Source: an uncultured Candidatus Actinomarina sp. (GTDB taxonomy: Bacteria > Actinomycetota > Acidimicrobiia > Actinomarinales > Actinomarinaceae). From it: a stretch of DNA of 64,000 nucleotides. The first letter of the stretch is position 1. Each line of letters starts with the position of its first letter. The stretch spans positions 2,796 through 66,795 of the forward strand of contig CACLRL010000004.1 in NCBI GenBank assembly GCA_902609285.1, in the 5' to 3' direction. Below, piece by piece: positions 1-9,231 of the stretch. Position numbers and translations under genes: made by a program. Below the pieces are notes generated by a model. The model was given only the letters and a program-made list of their open reading frames with translations, searched no databases and was not told the origin of the DNA.

Positions 1-1
1 A

Positions 2-424
2 TACTGGGACAAAGTTGGTCTGGTCTCTCCAAGCATACAATCATCGCAAGGTAAGCCTGGAGTTCCAAAATTATATTCTTTCAGAGATATTGTGTCTCTC
101 AAAGTAATTAAAACGCTACTAGATAATGGGATGAGTATTCAAAGAGTTAGACGAGCTTGGAGATATTTATCAAGAAATGGAGACTTGCAAGACGAACTTT
201 CTAAAACAAAACTTATTTCAGATGGTGAAACAATTTATACTATTGAGGACAAAGAAGTTTTTGATGCACTCAAGCTTGGACAATTAGCATTCTTTGAAAC
301 AATTGATTACGTTGCCAAAGAAGTAAAAGAAGATGTTTCAAAATTTGAATTAGATAAAGAAAGATTCTTGAACCTTTTAACAAAAGTTGAAGATGATGTT
401 CAATCACAACAGTTACAAGCGTAA
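2..424 (+). CDS. MerR-family HTH transcriptional regulator (5' end outside window)
   Basis: The frame of the 92..424 ORF stays open to the window edge. It reads YWDKVGLVSPS...KLYSFRDIVSLKVIKTLLDNGMSIQRV, which fits the MerR-type HTH/wing pattern (Y-D-x-GL-x-P ... YS-x-x-D-x-x-x-L-x-x-I). Confidence 0.6.
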   Translation, partial: YWDKVGLVSPSIQSSQGKPGVPKLYSFRDIVSLKVIKTLLDNGMSIQRVRRAWRYLSRNGDLQDELSKTKLISDGETIYTIEDKEVFDALKLGQLAFFETIDYVAKEVKEDVSKFELDKERFLNLLTKVEDDVQSQQLQA

Positions 425-451
425 ATAAATTTTCTCATCTAAAATTAAATT

Positions 452-967
452 ATGAATAAAAATTTTCATAACCATAGAACTTTAATTCTCAATGCAACAT
501 ACCAACCTTTGTCAATTGCCTCAGCTAAAAGATCAGTTGCTCTCATGCTCTCAAATAAAATTAATGTAATAAAAACATCAAATCTTGAATTGAGGTCAGA
601 ATCATCAACTATAAAAATCCCTAAAGTTGCTGCATTAAATTACTACGTAAAAGCTCCATACGCAAGAAGGGTCGCTTTAAATAGGGAAAATATATTTATA
701 AGGGATCATAACATTTGTCAATATTGTGGAGTTCAAGCTGAGTCGATTGATCATATTATTCCAAAATCAAAAGGTGGAAAACATGAATGGCAAAATGTTG
801 TTGCATGTTGTAAAAGGTGTAATTTAATTAAGGCAGATAAAGATTTAAATCAAACAATACTAAAACTCATTCAATCGCCTCTCGCCCCAGAGGGAAATTT
901 TTGGATAAAGACTATTATAGGTTCAAATCCAGACCCTGAGTGGGAAGAGTACCTAATTTCAGCATAA
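452..967 (+). CDS. HNH endonuclease family protein
   Basis: ATG start. The C-terminal HNH/zinc motif is RDHNICQYCG...IDHIIPKSKGG...WQNVVACCKRCNLIKADK. Confidence 0.75.
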   Translation: MNKNFHNHRTLILNATYQPLSIASAKRSVALMLSNKINVIKTSNLELRSESSTIKIPKVAALNYYVKAPYARRVALNRENIFIRDHNICQYCGVQAESIDHIIPKSKGGKHEWQNVVACCKRCNLIKADKDLNQTILKLIQSPLAPEGNFWIKTIIGSNPDPEWEEYLISA

Positions 968-982
968 TTTTTTTTACAAATT

Positions 983-1026
983 GTGTTGCAAAGTGTCATA
1001 TAGTGTCATATAATGACACAAAGTGG
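983..1026 (+). promoter_or_regulatory. Candidate MraZ operator: helically phased GTG(T/G) boxes
   Basis: GTGT/GTGG occurs at 983, 993, 1003 and 1023, in exact 10-nt phase. There is a perfect tandem 10-mer AGTGTCATAT at 992-1001 and 1002-1011, and a palindrome GTGTCAT-ATA-ATGACAC at 1003-1019. The boxes overlap the candidate promoter. Confidence 0.45.
986..1014 (+). promoter_or_regulatory. Candidate sigma-70-type promoter of the dcw cluster (Pmra)
   Basis: TTGCAA (986-991), a 17-nt spacer, then TATAAT (1009-1014). It lies about 37 nt upstream of the GTG start of mraZ. AT-rich background means chance matches are possible. Confidence 0.45.
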
Positions 1027-1050
1027 TTCAAGGCACGAAAGGCGGATAAA

Positions 1051-1476
1051 GTGTTCCTTGGTGAGTATCAACACATAATGGACTCGAAGGGTAGAGTAGT
1101 TATTCCATCGAAGTTTAGAAAAGAGCTCCAACAGGGCTGTGTAGTCACCAAGGGACAAGATAATTGTTTGCAAATTCTAACAAAAAAAAGTTGGACTTCT
1201 CTATCTGAAGAAATGGTTGACTTACCAGTAACAGAAAAATCCTCTAGACAGCTTAGAAGAGCTATATTCAGTGGTGCTGTTGACTCTAAATTAGATTCCG
1301 CTGGAAGAATTCCAATACCTGAAAATTTAAGACAATATAGTGAGATAGATATAAATGGTGAAGTCACTGTTACAGGAATAGGTAACGCTATTGAAATATG
1401 GTCAACAAAAATGTGGAAAAAAATCCAAAATGATGCAGATCATGAATTTGCAAATATTAATGAAGTGAAAGGATAG
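1051..1476 (+). CDS. mraZ: Transcriptional regulator MraZ
   Basis: The GTG at 1051 gives the N-terminus VFLGEYQHIMDSKGRVVIPSKFRKEL, matching the conserved MraZ start (MF-G-x-x-x-x-DxKGR-x-x-P-x-x-FR). A second DSAGRIPIP repeat is present. The longer ORF from 940 would run through the promoter. Confidence 0.9.
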   Translation: MFLGEYQHIMDSKGRVVIPSKFRKELQQGCVVTKGQDNCLQILTKKSWTSLSEEMVDLPVTEKSSRQLRRAIFSGAVDSKLDSAGRIPIPENLRQYSEIDINGEVTVTGIGNAIEIWSTKMWKKIQNDADHEFANINEVKG

Positions 1477-1484
1477 GTTCATAG

Positions 1485-1561
1485 CCAGCTCTCTAGACAA
1501 CTAAATTGGAATACCCTTACTCCGCCCAACTTTCCAATTGGTGCCAGTTCTAGAGAGCTGG
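1485..1561 (+). promoter_or_regulatory. Nested-hairpin RNA element in the mraZ-rsmH spacer
   Basis: A perfect 13-bp helix pairs CCAGCTCTCTAGA (1485-1497) with TCTAGAGAGCTGG (1549-1561). It encloses a perfect 8-bp helix, AATTGGAA (1504-1511) with TTCCAATT (1532-1539), and a 20-nt C-rich loop. The 3' arm ends 2 nt before the rsmH ATG. Confidence 0.45.
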
Positions 1562-1563
1562 GT

Positions 1564-2481
1564 ATGAACAAAAACAGGGTTGGGTACATGCCACACAATG
1601 GTGTGATGAAAGAAGAAATATCTTCTATCTTAGATGATGTTCCTCCCGGTATATTTATCGATTCAACTTACGGCTATGGTTCTCATTTCGATACTATTTT
1701 GAATCACAGCCAACTCACAGCAATTGGATTCGATCGTGATATAGAAGCTGTTGATAATAGTGATCCTTCTCATAAAGTAATTAATCTCAATTTCTCAATG
1801 ATAGGTGATTATGTCAACAATAACTCATTATCACCAATTAGCGGTATTTTATATGATCTTGGTGTTTCAAGTCATCAGATTGATAACCCAAATAGAGGAT
1901 TTTCTTTTTCTATTGATTCGAATCTTGATATGAGAATGAATCAAAAAGACGAACTTACAGCTGAAAAAATCCTGAATACTTTTTCATATGAAAATCTCTA
2001 TTCAATTTTTAATGAATTTGGAGAAGAAAGGTATTCAAAAAGAATCGCCAAAAAAATTATAGAAAATAGACCTATTAATAGAACTATTGAATTATCAAAC
2101 ATAATTAGAAATTCCGTACCAAAGCAAAATCCAATATTTATTGAAAAAAGTATAAGAAGGACATTTCAAGCCTTAAGAATATATATAAATGATGAACTTA
2201 ATGAATTAAAAGATTCGTTGTTAAAAGTAAAAGATTTGGTACAAAAAAATGGTGTAATTATTTGCATATCTTATCACTCATTAGAGGATCGAATCATAAA
2301 GAATTTTATGAAAGATTTAACATTGGGATGTATTTGTGATCCGTCTATCGCAATATGTGTTTGTAATAATATTCAGAATTTTGAATACCCAAAAAGAAAA
2401 AAATATTATCCAAACAAAGAAGAAATTAATTCAAACTCCAGGGCTAATTCAGCAACATTAAGGTATGTACGAAAAATATGA
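1564..2481 (+). CDS. rsmH: 16S rRNA (cytosine1402-N4)-methyltransferase RsmH
   Basis: It sits directly after mraZ. Motifs read are HNGVM..E near the N-terminus, DSTYGYGSH (SAM loop, slightly divergent), LYDLGVSSHQID, SYHSLEDR, and a Cys-rich C-terminus with RANSATLR. Confidence 0.9.
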   Translation: MNKNRVGYMPHNGVMKEEISSILDDVPPGIFIDSTYGYGSHFDTILNHSQLTAIGFDRDIEAVDNSDPSHKVINLNFSMIGDYVNNNSLSPISGILYDLGVSSHQIDNPNRGFSFSIDSNLDMRMNQKDELTAEKILNTFSYENLYSIFNEFGEERYSKRIAKKIIENRPINRTIELSNIIRNSVPKQNPIFIEKSIRRTFQALRIYINDELNELKDSLLKVKDLVQKNGVIICISYHSLEDRIIKNFMKDLTLGCICDPSIAICVCNNIQNFEYPKRKKYYPNKEEINSNSRANSATLRYVRKI

Positions 2482-2801
2482 GAAAAAAATATATTTTTAG
2501 ATTTACTTACGTTCTTTTATCAGCTTCGGTGATCTTATCTTTATTTATAAATTTGAGAATTAATGAAATTTCAAAAGAACTTTCAGTAATCAATACTGAA
2601 ATAGTTGAGTTAGAACGTACAAAAGCAAATCTTAATATTGAGTATATTACAAAATACTCTTTCGAAAATATAGAAAATCTATCAAAATTAAAATCATATG
2701 TTCGATTAAGAGTTGGCAGTTTAAATTTAGATTTGGAAACTCCTTATAAAGCCAACACAGAAGAAGTTCAAGAAACAATTGTTATGGGTTTTGGAAGATG
2801 A
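2478..2801 (+). CDS. FtsL-like division protein (single TM plus coiled coil)
   Basis: ATGA overlap with rsmH. It has an N-terminal TM (YVLLSASVILSLFINL) followed by a heptad-like segment. Its position between rsmH and ftsI matches ftsL. The call is positional and architectural only. Confidence 0.5.
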   Translation: MRKKYIFRFTYVLLSASVILSLFINLRINEISKELSVINTEIVELERTKANLNIEYITKYSFENIENLSKLKSYVRLRVGSLNLDLETPYKANTEEVQETIVMGFGR

Positions 2802-4474
2802 AACTTTCATCAAATAAAATTAAACTTAATTTTCTATTTGTAATTGTATTAATCCTTGTTATTTTTGGTTCTTATCTATTCATTCAAAAAGTATATGCAT
2901 TGCAATTTATTGAATCTGATTTTTTTGAAAATCAAGCATTGTCTTACAGGCAGAGAGTAGAAATTCTTGAAGCTAAAAGAGGAACTATATATGATAAAAA
3001 TTTTAATGTTTTAGCAAGTAGTGTCCAATCTTATAATGTTGCAGTTAAATCGAATGATATCGATGATCTAGAATTTGTTAGTGTTTTATCCTCATTACTT
3101 AACTTAGATGAAGCTGAAATTTTAAAAAAAATTACGGAGAATTCAAAATTTTTTTATTTAAAAAGAAATGTTGATTTCGAAACAGGAAATAAAATACAAT
3201 CTTGGAAATTTAATGGTATTCACTTAGAACATTCCAATAAAAGAAATGTTTATGATTCTTCGACCTCAAATATTATTGGATTTGTTGATCCTGATGGAAA
3301 TGGAATTGAAGGGTTAGAGCTTTATTTTGATACTCTTCTTAAAGGAAAAGATGGTGAATTAAGATATGAATCGGCTCCTAATGGTGCAATCATTCCACAG
3401 GGAGAAATAAGAACGATTCAACCAAAGCACGGAGAAGATTTAATACTTTCAATTGATTCAGAATTACAATATCTCAGTGAAGATCTTTGCCAAGACGCAC
3501 TCAAAGACACACAATCCTTCATGTGTTCTGTTGTTTTTGCCAATGCTGTGACAGGAGAAATTCTTATTTCTGCAGAGGAATCATCGACAAATAATGATTA
3601 TTTTAATATTGACTTAATTAGCGCAAGAGCAAATTATGAACCTGGCTCGTCATTAAAAATCTTTACTATTGGCTCATTAATTGAAAATGGGGTTGTTAAT
3701 GAAAATGATATTTATTTAGTTGAAGATAAGATAGAAATTATTGATGGATCATGTACAGAAGATTTTGAAGGCTACAAAGGGTGTTTTAGAGATTTTCTTA
3801 AACATGAACCTATTAACCTTTCAGTTAAAGAAATTATTGAAAGATCATCGAATGTTGGAACAGTTAAAATTGTTAATGATGGAAATATAAATGATGTTGA
3901 GATGTTCTTGAAAAGGTTTGGCTTTGGTTCCAAAACAGGAGTTGAGTTGTCTGGAGAGTCAAAAGGAGCATTTACTGAATTCAAAACTTGTACAACATGT
4001 TTAAGTTCTTTATCAATAGGATATTCAATAAACACCACACAATACCAAATGGTGAAAGCATACAGCATAATTGCAAATGAAGGACTAGACTTAAATCTTT
4101 CGTTGATAAGAACTAATCAACAAAATAACAATAACAAAAAAGTTATAGATCGTAATCTTGCAAAAAGGTTAAAGATGCTTCTTGTCAACGTTGTAGAAGG
4201 GCCAAACGGAACAGGAAAATCACTTAAAATGGATGATTACGTTATTGGTGGCAAAACAGGAACTAGTAGAACTTATTTAGAAGGCATTGGTTACTCAAAT
4301 GATAGATTTACAACTTCTTTTACAGGATTTATCGAGACATCTAATGGTCCAATTGTAGGCTCTGTAATATTATGGGGGGCAAAGGGCTCACCAATCTCTG
4401 AATATGTAACAGGTGGTTCTACAGCTGCTCCTATATTTAAAACTATTGTAAGAAATCTTCTACCAAGCGACTAA
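2798..4474 (+). CDS. ftsI: Class B penicillin-binding protein / peptidoglycan D,D-transpeptidase FtsI
   Basis: N-terminal TM plus the SxxK (SSLK), SxN (SSN) and KTG(T) (GGKTGTS) motifs, at the dcw position. Confidence 0.85.
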   Translation: MKLSSNKIKLNFLFVIVLILVIFGSYLFIQKVYALQFIESDFFENQALSYRQRVEILEAKRGTIYDKNFNVLASSVQSYNVAVKSNDIDDLEFVSVLSSLLNLDEAEILKKITENSKFFYLKRNVDFETGNKIQSWKFNGIHLEHSNKRNVYDSSTSNIIGFVDPDGNGIEGLELYFDTLLKGKDGELRYESAPNGAIIPQGEIRTIQPKHGEDLILSIDSELQYLSEDLCQDALKDTQSFMCSVVFANAVTGEILISAEESSTNNDYFNIDLISARANYEPGSSLKIFTIGSLIENGVVNENDIYLVEDKIEIIDGSCTEDFEGYKGCFRDFLKHEPINLSVKEIIERSSNVGTVKIVNDGNINDVEMFLKRFGFGSKTGVELSGESKGAFTEFKTCTTCLSSLSIGYSINTTQYQMVKAYSIIANEGLDLNLSLIRTNQQNNNNKKVIDRNLAKRLKMLLVNVVEGPNGTGKSLKMDDYVIGGKTGTSRTYLEGIGYSNDRFTTSFTGFIETSNGPIVGSVILWGAKGSPISEYVTGGSTAAPIFKTIVRNLLPSD

Positions 4475-4475
4475 C

Positions 4476-5879
4476 ATGAAAAAGTTAAATTTGAGAGATT
4501 TGAACTTATCACAGAATGATATTGATAAGTTTGTAAATAGTTCAACAGATGTTGAACATGATTCAATTCTTTTTATAGATAACGAGAATGTTGAAAAGCT
4601 TGATAGGTATGTTAATGATGCTTTGGCGAAAAATGCAAAAAAAATATTTACATCCGAAAAATGTAATATAAGTAATGAAAAAATTTTGAAAATTTCGAAC
4701 TATGAAGAAGTATTAAATCAAGCATATAGTTTTATTTGCCCTGATTATGAGAAAAAAACTTATTTTGGGATTACTGGAACTAATGGAAAAACTACAACTG
4801 GTCATTATTTAGAACAAATTTTAGGAAATAAGACTATTTTTATCGGAACTAACACCGAAAATCTATTTAGTGATATCACAAAGGAGAAGCACCTAACATC
4901 CCCAAAATTGTTCAATATTTTAAAATTTTTAAGCAAATCTGAAAATAAAAATTATGAAAATATAGTTTTAGAAGCTTCTTCTCATGCTCTTGATCAAGAA
5001 AGATTTAAGGGTATAAAATTTAATACGTCTGGATTTACGAATCTTTCAAGAGATCATTTTGACTATCACAACAACATAAATAAATATTTTGAAGCTAAAC
5101 TAAAACTTTTTTCAAAAAACTTGTCTGATAAGTTTGTTTATATTGATAGTGAATGGGGAAATAAAATCAAAGAGAATTCTGATATTCCATCATTTAAAAT
5201 AGGCAATAACAATGATTCAAATCTCAGAATCCTAGAAGAAAAATTATTTCCAAATATCAATCTGAAAATACAAATCAATGAAGATAAACATGATATAAAT
5301 TTAAACGTTACGGGACCCAATTTTAATTTAAATTTCTTACTTGCATTATCAATGGCTTATTTTTCCGAAAAATCAAATATTCAAAATTATGAGGAAAATT
5401 TTAAGAATATTAAAAATCCTAAGGGCAGGTTTGAAATAATTAATTTTAAGAGTAACAAAATTGTTGTAGATTATGCACATACCCCTGACGCAATTAAATC
5501 AACAGTGGATTTTGTAAACCAATATTTCTCAAGTGTAATTGTAGTTTTTGGCGCAGGAGGCGATAGAGACATAGAAAAGCGTTTGCTTATGGGCAATGCA
5601 ACAAAAAATGCTGATCAAATAATTATTACAAATGACAATCCACGCCAAGAAGATCCTGAAAAGATTGCAAAAGATATTCTCGAAGGATGTGATAAAGAAA
5701 AAACTGTTGTAATACTTGATAGGAAAGAAGCAATAACTTATGGCATTAACCAACTCAAGGAGAACTCAGTTTTATTAGTATTAGGTAAAGGGCATGAAAT
5801 GCATCAAGAGATAAAAAATAAAAAAATTAATTTCAATGATTTTGCATTTATATCTAACATTCTAGGAGATATAAATTGA
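4476..5879 (+). CDS. murE: UDP-N-acetylmuramoyl-L-alanyl-D-glutamate--2,6-diaminopimelate ligase MurE
   Basis: Mur ligase P-loop GITGTNGKTTT, and the MurE-specific DNPR motif (ITNDNPRQEDP). Confidence 0.85.
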   Translation: MKKLNLRDLNLSQNDIDKFVNSSTDVEHDSILFIDNENVEKLDRYVNDALAKNAKKIFTSEKCNISNEKILKISNYEEVLNQAYSFICPDYEKKTYFGITGTNGKTTTGHYLEQILGNKTIFIGTNTENLFSDITKEKHLTSPKLFNILKFLSKSENKNYENIVLEASSHALDQERFKGIKFNTSGFTNLSRDHFDYHNNINKYFEAKLKLFSKNLSDKFVYIDSEWGNKIKENSDIPSFKIGNNNDSNLRILEEKLFPNINLKIQINEDKHDINLNVTGPNFNLNFLLALSMAYFSEKSNIQNYEENFKNIKNPKGRFEIINFKSNKIVVDYAHTPDAIKSTVDFVNQYFSSVIVVFGAGGDRDIEKRLLMGNATKNADQIIITNDNPRQEDPEKIAKDILEGCDKEKTVVILDRKEAITYGINQLKENSVLLVLGKGHEMHQEIKNKKINFNDFAFISNILGDIN

Positions 5880-6934
5880 TTGGAATTATTGTAGCAGGAG
5901 CAATTTCATTTATTTGTGTGATTCTTTCAACTTTTATTGGAGTTAATTATTTTAAAACTCGAAATATTGGACAACCGATACAAAAAGAAGTCGTTTTTCA
6001 TGATCATAAAAAAGGAACTCCAACTATGGGGGGAGTGTTCATAATTTTTGGTACCTACTCTGGGTATATCCTTTCACATATTAATTTTTGGACGATCGGT
6101 GCAGGATTTAAAGTTGAATTTATTGATATAAATCCTGTGATTTTTATATCACTTTTATTAGGAACTTTCATGGCTTGTGTAGGTTTAATTGATGATTTAT
6201 TAAAAGTTCGAAAGAATAGAAATTTGGGGCTTAGAGCTAGAAACAAAATATTTTTGCAAATTCTTGTCGCATCCATTACAAGTTTTTATTTTTACTATCT
6301 TGACTACTCATCAACATTTTATTTTTTTAGTGGATTCGGTTTTGAAGTAGGTTTTCTTAAATGGATAATCATTACTTTTTTAATAGTTGGAATTACTAAT
6401 TCTGTAAATCTAACAGATGGACTTGATGGGTTAGTAGCTGGCTCGTCCTCAGTTTCATTTGGAGGAATCCTAATAATTTCATTCTGGATATTTAGACATC
6501 CAGAATATTATTCAAGTTTTATGAACAATGAAATACTTGATCTAGATCTATCTATACTAATTTCTGCTTTAGCTGGTTCAGCACTGGGTTTTTTATGGTG
6601 GAATACCAATCCTGCAAAAATAATTATGGGAGATGTTGGTTCTCATTTTATTGGTTCAATGTTTCCAATCATATTGATTTCAATCGGTGCAGATGGCTTA
6701 ATTTTGTTTTTCTGTTTTTTATATATTTTCGAGGCTTTGTCTGTGATTATTCAAGTTTCTTCATTTAAATTAAATCAAAAAAGAATTTTTAAAATGACAC
6801 CAATTCATCATCATTTTGAGATGAGTGGATGGGCTGAAACAACAATAATCGTAAGATTTTGGATTATTAATGGAATATTTATCGTAATAGGGCTTGGTCT
6901 ATTTTATGGAGACTGGGTATTGTTTGGAAACTAA
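5876..6934 (+). CDS. mraY: Phospho-N-acetylmuramoyl-pentapeptide transferase MraY
   Basis: TTG start overlapping the murE stop. It is polytopic. Motifs read are KKGTPTMGG, NLTDGLDGL and PIHHHFE. Confidence 0.95.
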   Translation: MIGIIVAGAISFICVILSTFIGVNYFKTRNIGQPIQKEVVFHDHKKGTPTMGGVFIIFGTYSGYILSHINFWTIGAGFKVEFIDINPVIFISLLLGTFMACVGLIDDLLKVRKNRNLGLRARNKIFLQILVASITSFYFYYLDYSSTFYFFSGFGFEVGFLKWIIITFLIVGITNSVNLTDGLDGLVAGSSSVSFGGILIISFWIFRHPEYYSSFMNNEILDLDLSILISALAGSALGFLWWNTNPAKIIMGDVGSHFIGSMFPIILISIGADGLILFFCFLYIFEALSVIIQVSSFKLNQKRIFKMTPIHHHFEMSGWAETTIIVRFWIINGIFIVIGLGLFYGDWVLFGN

Positions 6935-8146
6935 GTGAAAACATTAATTTTTGGCTATGGTATTACTGGAAAAGCAGTTGAAAACTTTTTTAAAGTTAAA
7001 TCAAAAGAATATTTAATTTATGACGATAACGAAAATGTTATTCTTGATATTAAAAAAGAACTGCTTTTTGACGATTCAAAAACTGATTTAATTGATGAAA
7101 TTGTAATTTCTCCAGGTATAAATCCAAATCACAGAAAAATTAAGAATTTTCAAACAAAAAACATAATTACAGATATTGATTTATTTTCCAGAGAATTTCA
7201 AGGAAAATTTATTGGCGTAACTGGAACAAATGGTAAGACTACATTTGTAAATTTGTTGACTGATTTTCTGATTTCAAAAGGCATTAATGCTTTTGCATGT
7301 GGAAACGTTGGAGTTTCTCCGTTGAGCATTAATTTTAAAGACAAAGATTTTGCTATTGTAGAACTATCAAGTTTTCAGCTTTATTATGCAACAGATGTTA
7401 AAGCTGATTTTGGGATATTTCTTAACTTTCATTCTGATCACCTTGATTGGCACGAAGATGTGAAAGAATACAAAAAATCAAAATTAAAATTATTGACCTT
7501 TTTAAATTCAAACGAAAATTTAGTAACTGGTTTTAATACATTTTCAGAGAAACCTCTTGAAAACATTTTAAATATTCCTATTAATAAAGGTAAAGACGAG
7601 CTTTTAATGAAAAATTACAATTTTGATGATTTGAGTTTTCCAATAGATACGTGCCTAGCTTTTATAAAGATAATTGAAAAATTAGATATAAATCTAGACG
7701 AGGGTTACGAATATTTGAAAAAAGAAGTTTATTCTGAACATCGCTTTGAATTTGTTGAATCAATTAATGGTACAAATTTTATTAATGATTCGAAGTCTAC
7801 TAACTTTCACTCCATGTCCGTAGCTACATCCAGAGTAAAGAATGCACTTTTAATCATGCATGGAATAACAAAGAATATTCCAGAAGATGAAATAAATATT
7901 TCTGGTGAAATAAAAAAGATATTTATTCCAAAAAATATGAACATTGATATTGACGTACCAGACTGTGAAATTGTTAAGTTAGATTCTATTTTAAGTCTAG
8001 AAACCTATCTTGAAGCGGAATATCAAAACTTTGAAACAATATTATTTTCTTGTGGAGGTTCAAGTTTTTCTGATTTTAAAGATTATAAGGACAGGGGATT
8101 ATTTTTTAAGAAAATAGTATATAATTTGAAGGACGATGCAAAATGA
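6935..8146 (+). CDS. murD: UDP-N-acetylmuramoylalanine--D-glutamate ligase MurD
   Basis: GTG start. It has the Mur ligase P-loop GVTGTNGKTT and an N-terminal Rossmann-like GYGITGKA, at the dcw position. Confidence 0.85.
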   Translation: MKTLIFGYGITGKAVENFFKVKSKEYLIYDDNENVILDIKKELLFDDSKTDLIDEIVISPGINPNHRKIKNFQTKNIITDIDLFSREFQGKFIGVTGTNGKTTFVNLLTDFLISKGINAFACGNVGVSPLSINFKDKDFAIVELSSFQLYYATDVKADFGIFLNFHSDHLDWHEDVKEYKKSKLKLLTFLNSNENLVTGFNTFSEKPLENILNIPINKGKDELLMKNYNFDDLSFPIDTCLAFIKIIEKLDINLDEGYEYLKKEVYSEHRFEFVESINGTNFINDSKSTNFHSMSVATSRVKNALLIMHGITKNIPEDEINISGEIKKIFIPKNMNIDIDVPDCEIVKLDSILSLETYLEAEYQNFETILFSCGGSSFSDFKDYKDRGLFFKKIVYNLKDDAK

Positions 8147-9231
8147 ATCTTACATATTCATTTTTTCAAAGAATAAATCTTTTTAGTATATGGTTTTTGG
8201 TAACTTTTGGAATTTTGGTAAATATATCTGCCTCATCAGTACAAGGTTTAAATCAATTTAATGACAATTTTTATTTTATTAAAAGGCACATTTCTGCGGT
8301 ATTAATTGGAATTTTAATTTTTAATATTGGTAAAAAATTTAATTTTTATTCCTACAACCGAGTAATAAACTTTTCTATTGTATTTGTTACATCTGCATTA
8401 TTTTTTGTCTTAACTTATGGAATTGTACGAGGTGGTAGTAGAAGATGGGTAGATTTGGGAATAATTAATTTTCAACCAAGTGAACTGGCAAAACCGATAA
8501 TTATACTTTGGGTCGCTTACCAATTAACTAATATAGATGCAAAATTTAACAATTTTTTCTATCTCCGAAGAGCTATGTTTCTACCAATAATTTGTTGTGT
8601 CTTTATATATCTTCAACCAGATTATGGAACAACATTTACAATTTTCGGTATTTTATTAAGTCAGATAGTATTTTCAAAGATAGATTTTAAATACCCAGTT
8701 GGAATATTATCTCTTTCTATTGTTCCTCTCTACTTTTTAGCTATTTCTGGCAGTTATAGGTTTAGCAGAATAACTACTTGGCTAGATAGAGATTGTGATT
8801 TAGGTATTGATTTGCTGGGCGCTTGTTTTCAGCTGAATCAGAGTAGAATCGCAATTAGTTCGGGTGGAATGTTTGGATTAGGACCTGGAACGTCTCGTGC
8901 GAGATGGGGAATGCTACCTAACTCACATACTGATTTTATAGTATCTATAATCGGTGAAGAGTATGGCTTTGTCGGACTTTTAATTTTCGTTATCATACTA
9001 GGTTTCTTAATTATCTCATTTTATGGTTTAGCAATTTCAACTAAAAGTGAATTCAAGAAGTTAATATTTGTAGGACTAGGTTCTTGGGTATTTATTCAAA
9101 CAGCTATAAATTTGGGTGGAGCAGTAGGACTTTTACCAATAACCGGAATAGTTTTACCTTTCATATCTTATGGTAGTAGTGCGATGGTTGCACTATTTAC
9201 TGGAATTGCAATAGGGTATTCAAGAATATGA
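8143..9231 (+). CDS. ftsW: Peptidoglycan glycosyltransferase FtsW (SEDS family)
   Basis: It is polytopic. Motifs read are QPSELAKP, HTDFI and LPFISYGSS. Confidence 0.9.
   Translation: MNLTYSFFQRINLFSIWFLVTFGILVNISASSVQGLNQFNDNFYFIKRHISAVLIGILIFNIGKKFNFYSYNRVINFSIVFVTSALFFVLTYGIVRGGSRRWVDLGIINFQPSELAKPIIILWVAYQLTNIDAKFNNFFYLRRAMFLPIICCVFIYLQPDYGTTFTIFGILLSQIVFSKIDFKYPVGILSLSIVPLYFLAISGSYRFSRITTWLDRDCDLGIDLLGACFQLNQSRIAISSGGMFGLGPGTSRARWGMLPNSHTDFIVSIIGEEYGFVGLLIFVIILGFLIISFYGLAISTKSEFKKLIFVGLGSWVFIQTAINLGGAVGLLPITGIVLPFISYGSSAMVALFTGIAIGYSRI

Noticed and set aside
940-1050. The longest-ORF start (940) for mraZ adds 37 N-terminal residues and overlaps the HNH gene.
   Set aside because: The extension runs through the TTGCAA-17-TATAAT promoter and the repeat array. 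The conserved MraZ N-terminus (VFLGEY...DSKGRVVIP) begins at GTG 1051.
1068-1367. A 99-aa antisense ORF inside mraZ.
   Set aside because: It lies entirely within a well-supported gene on the opposite strand, with no motif and low-complexity composition. It is a shadow ORF.
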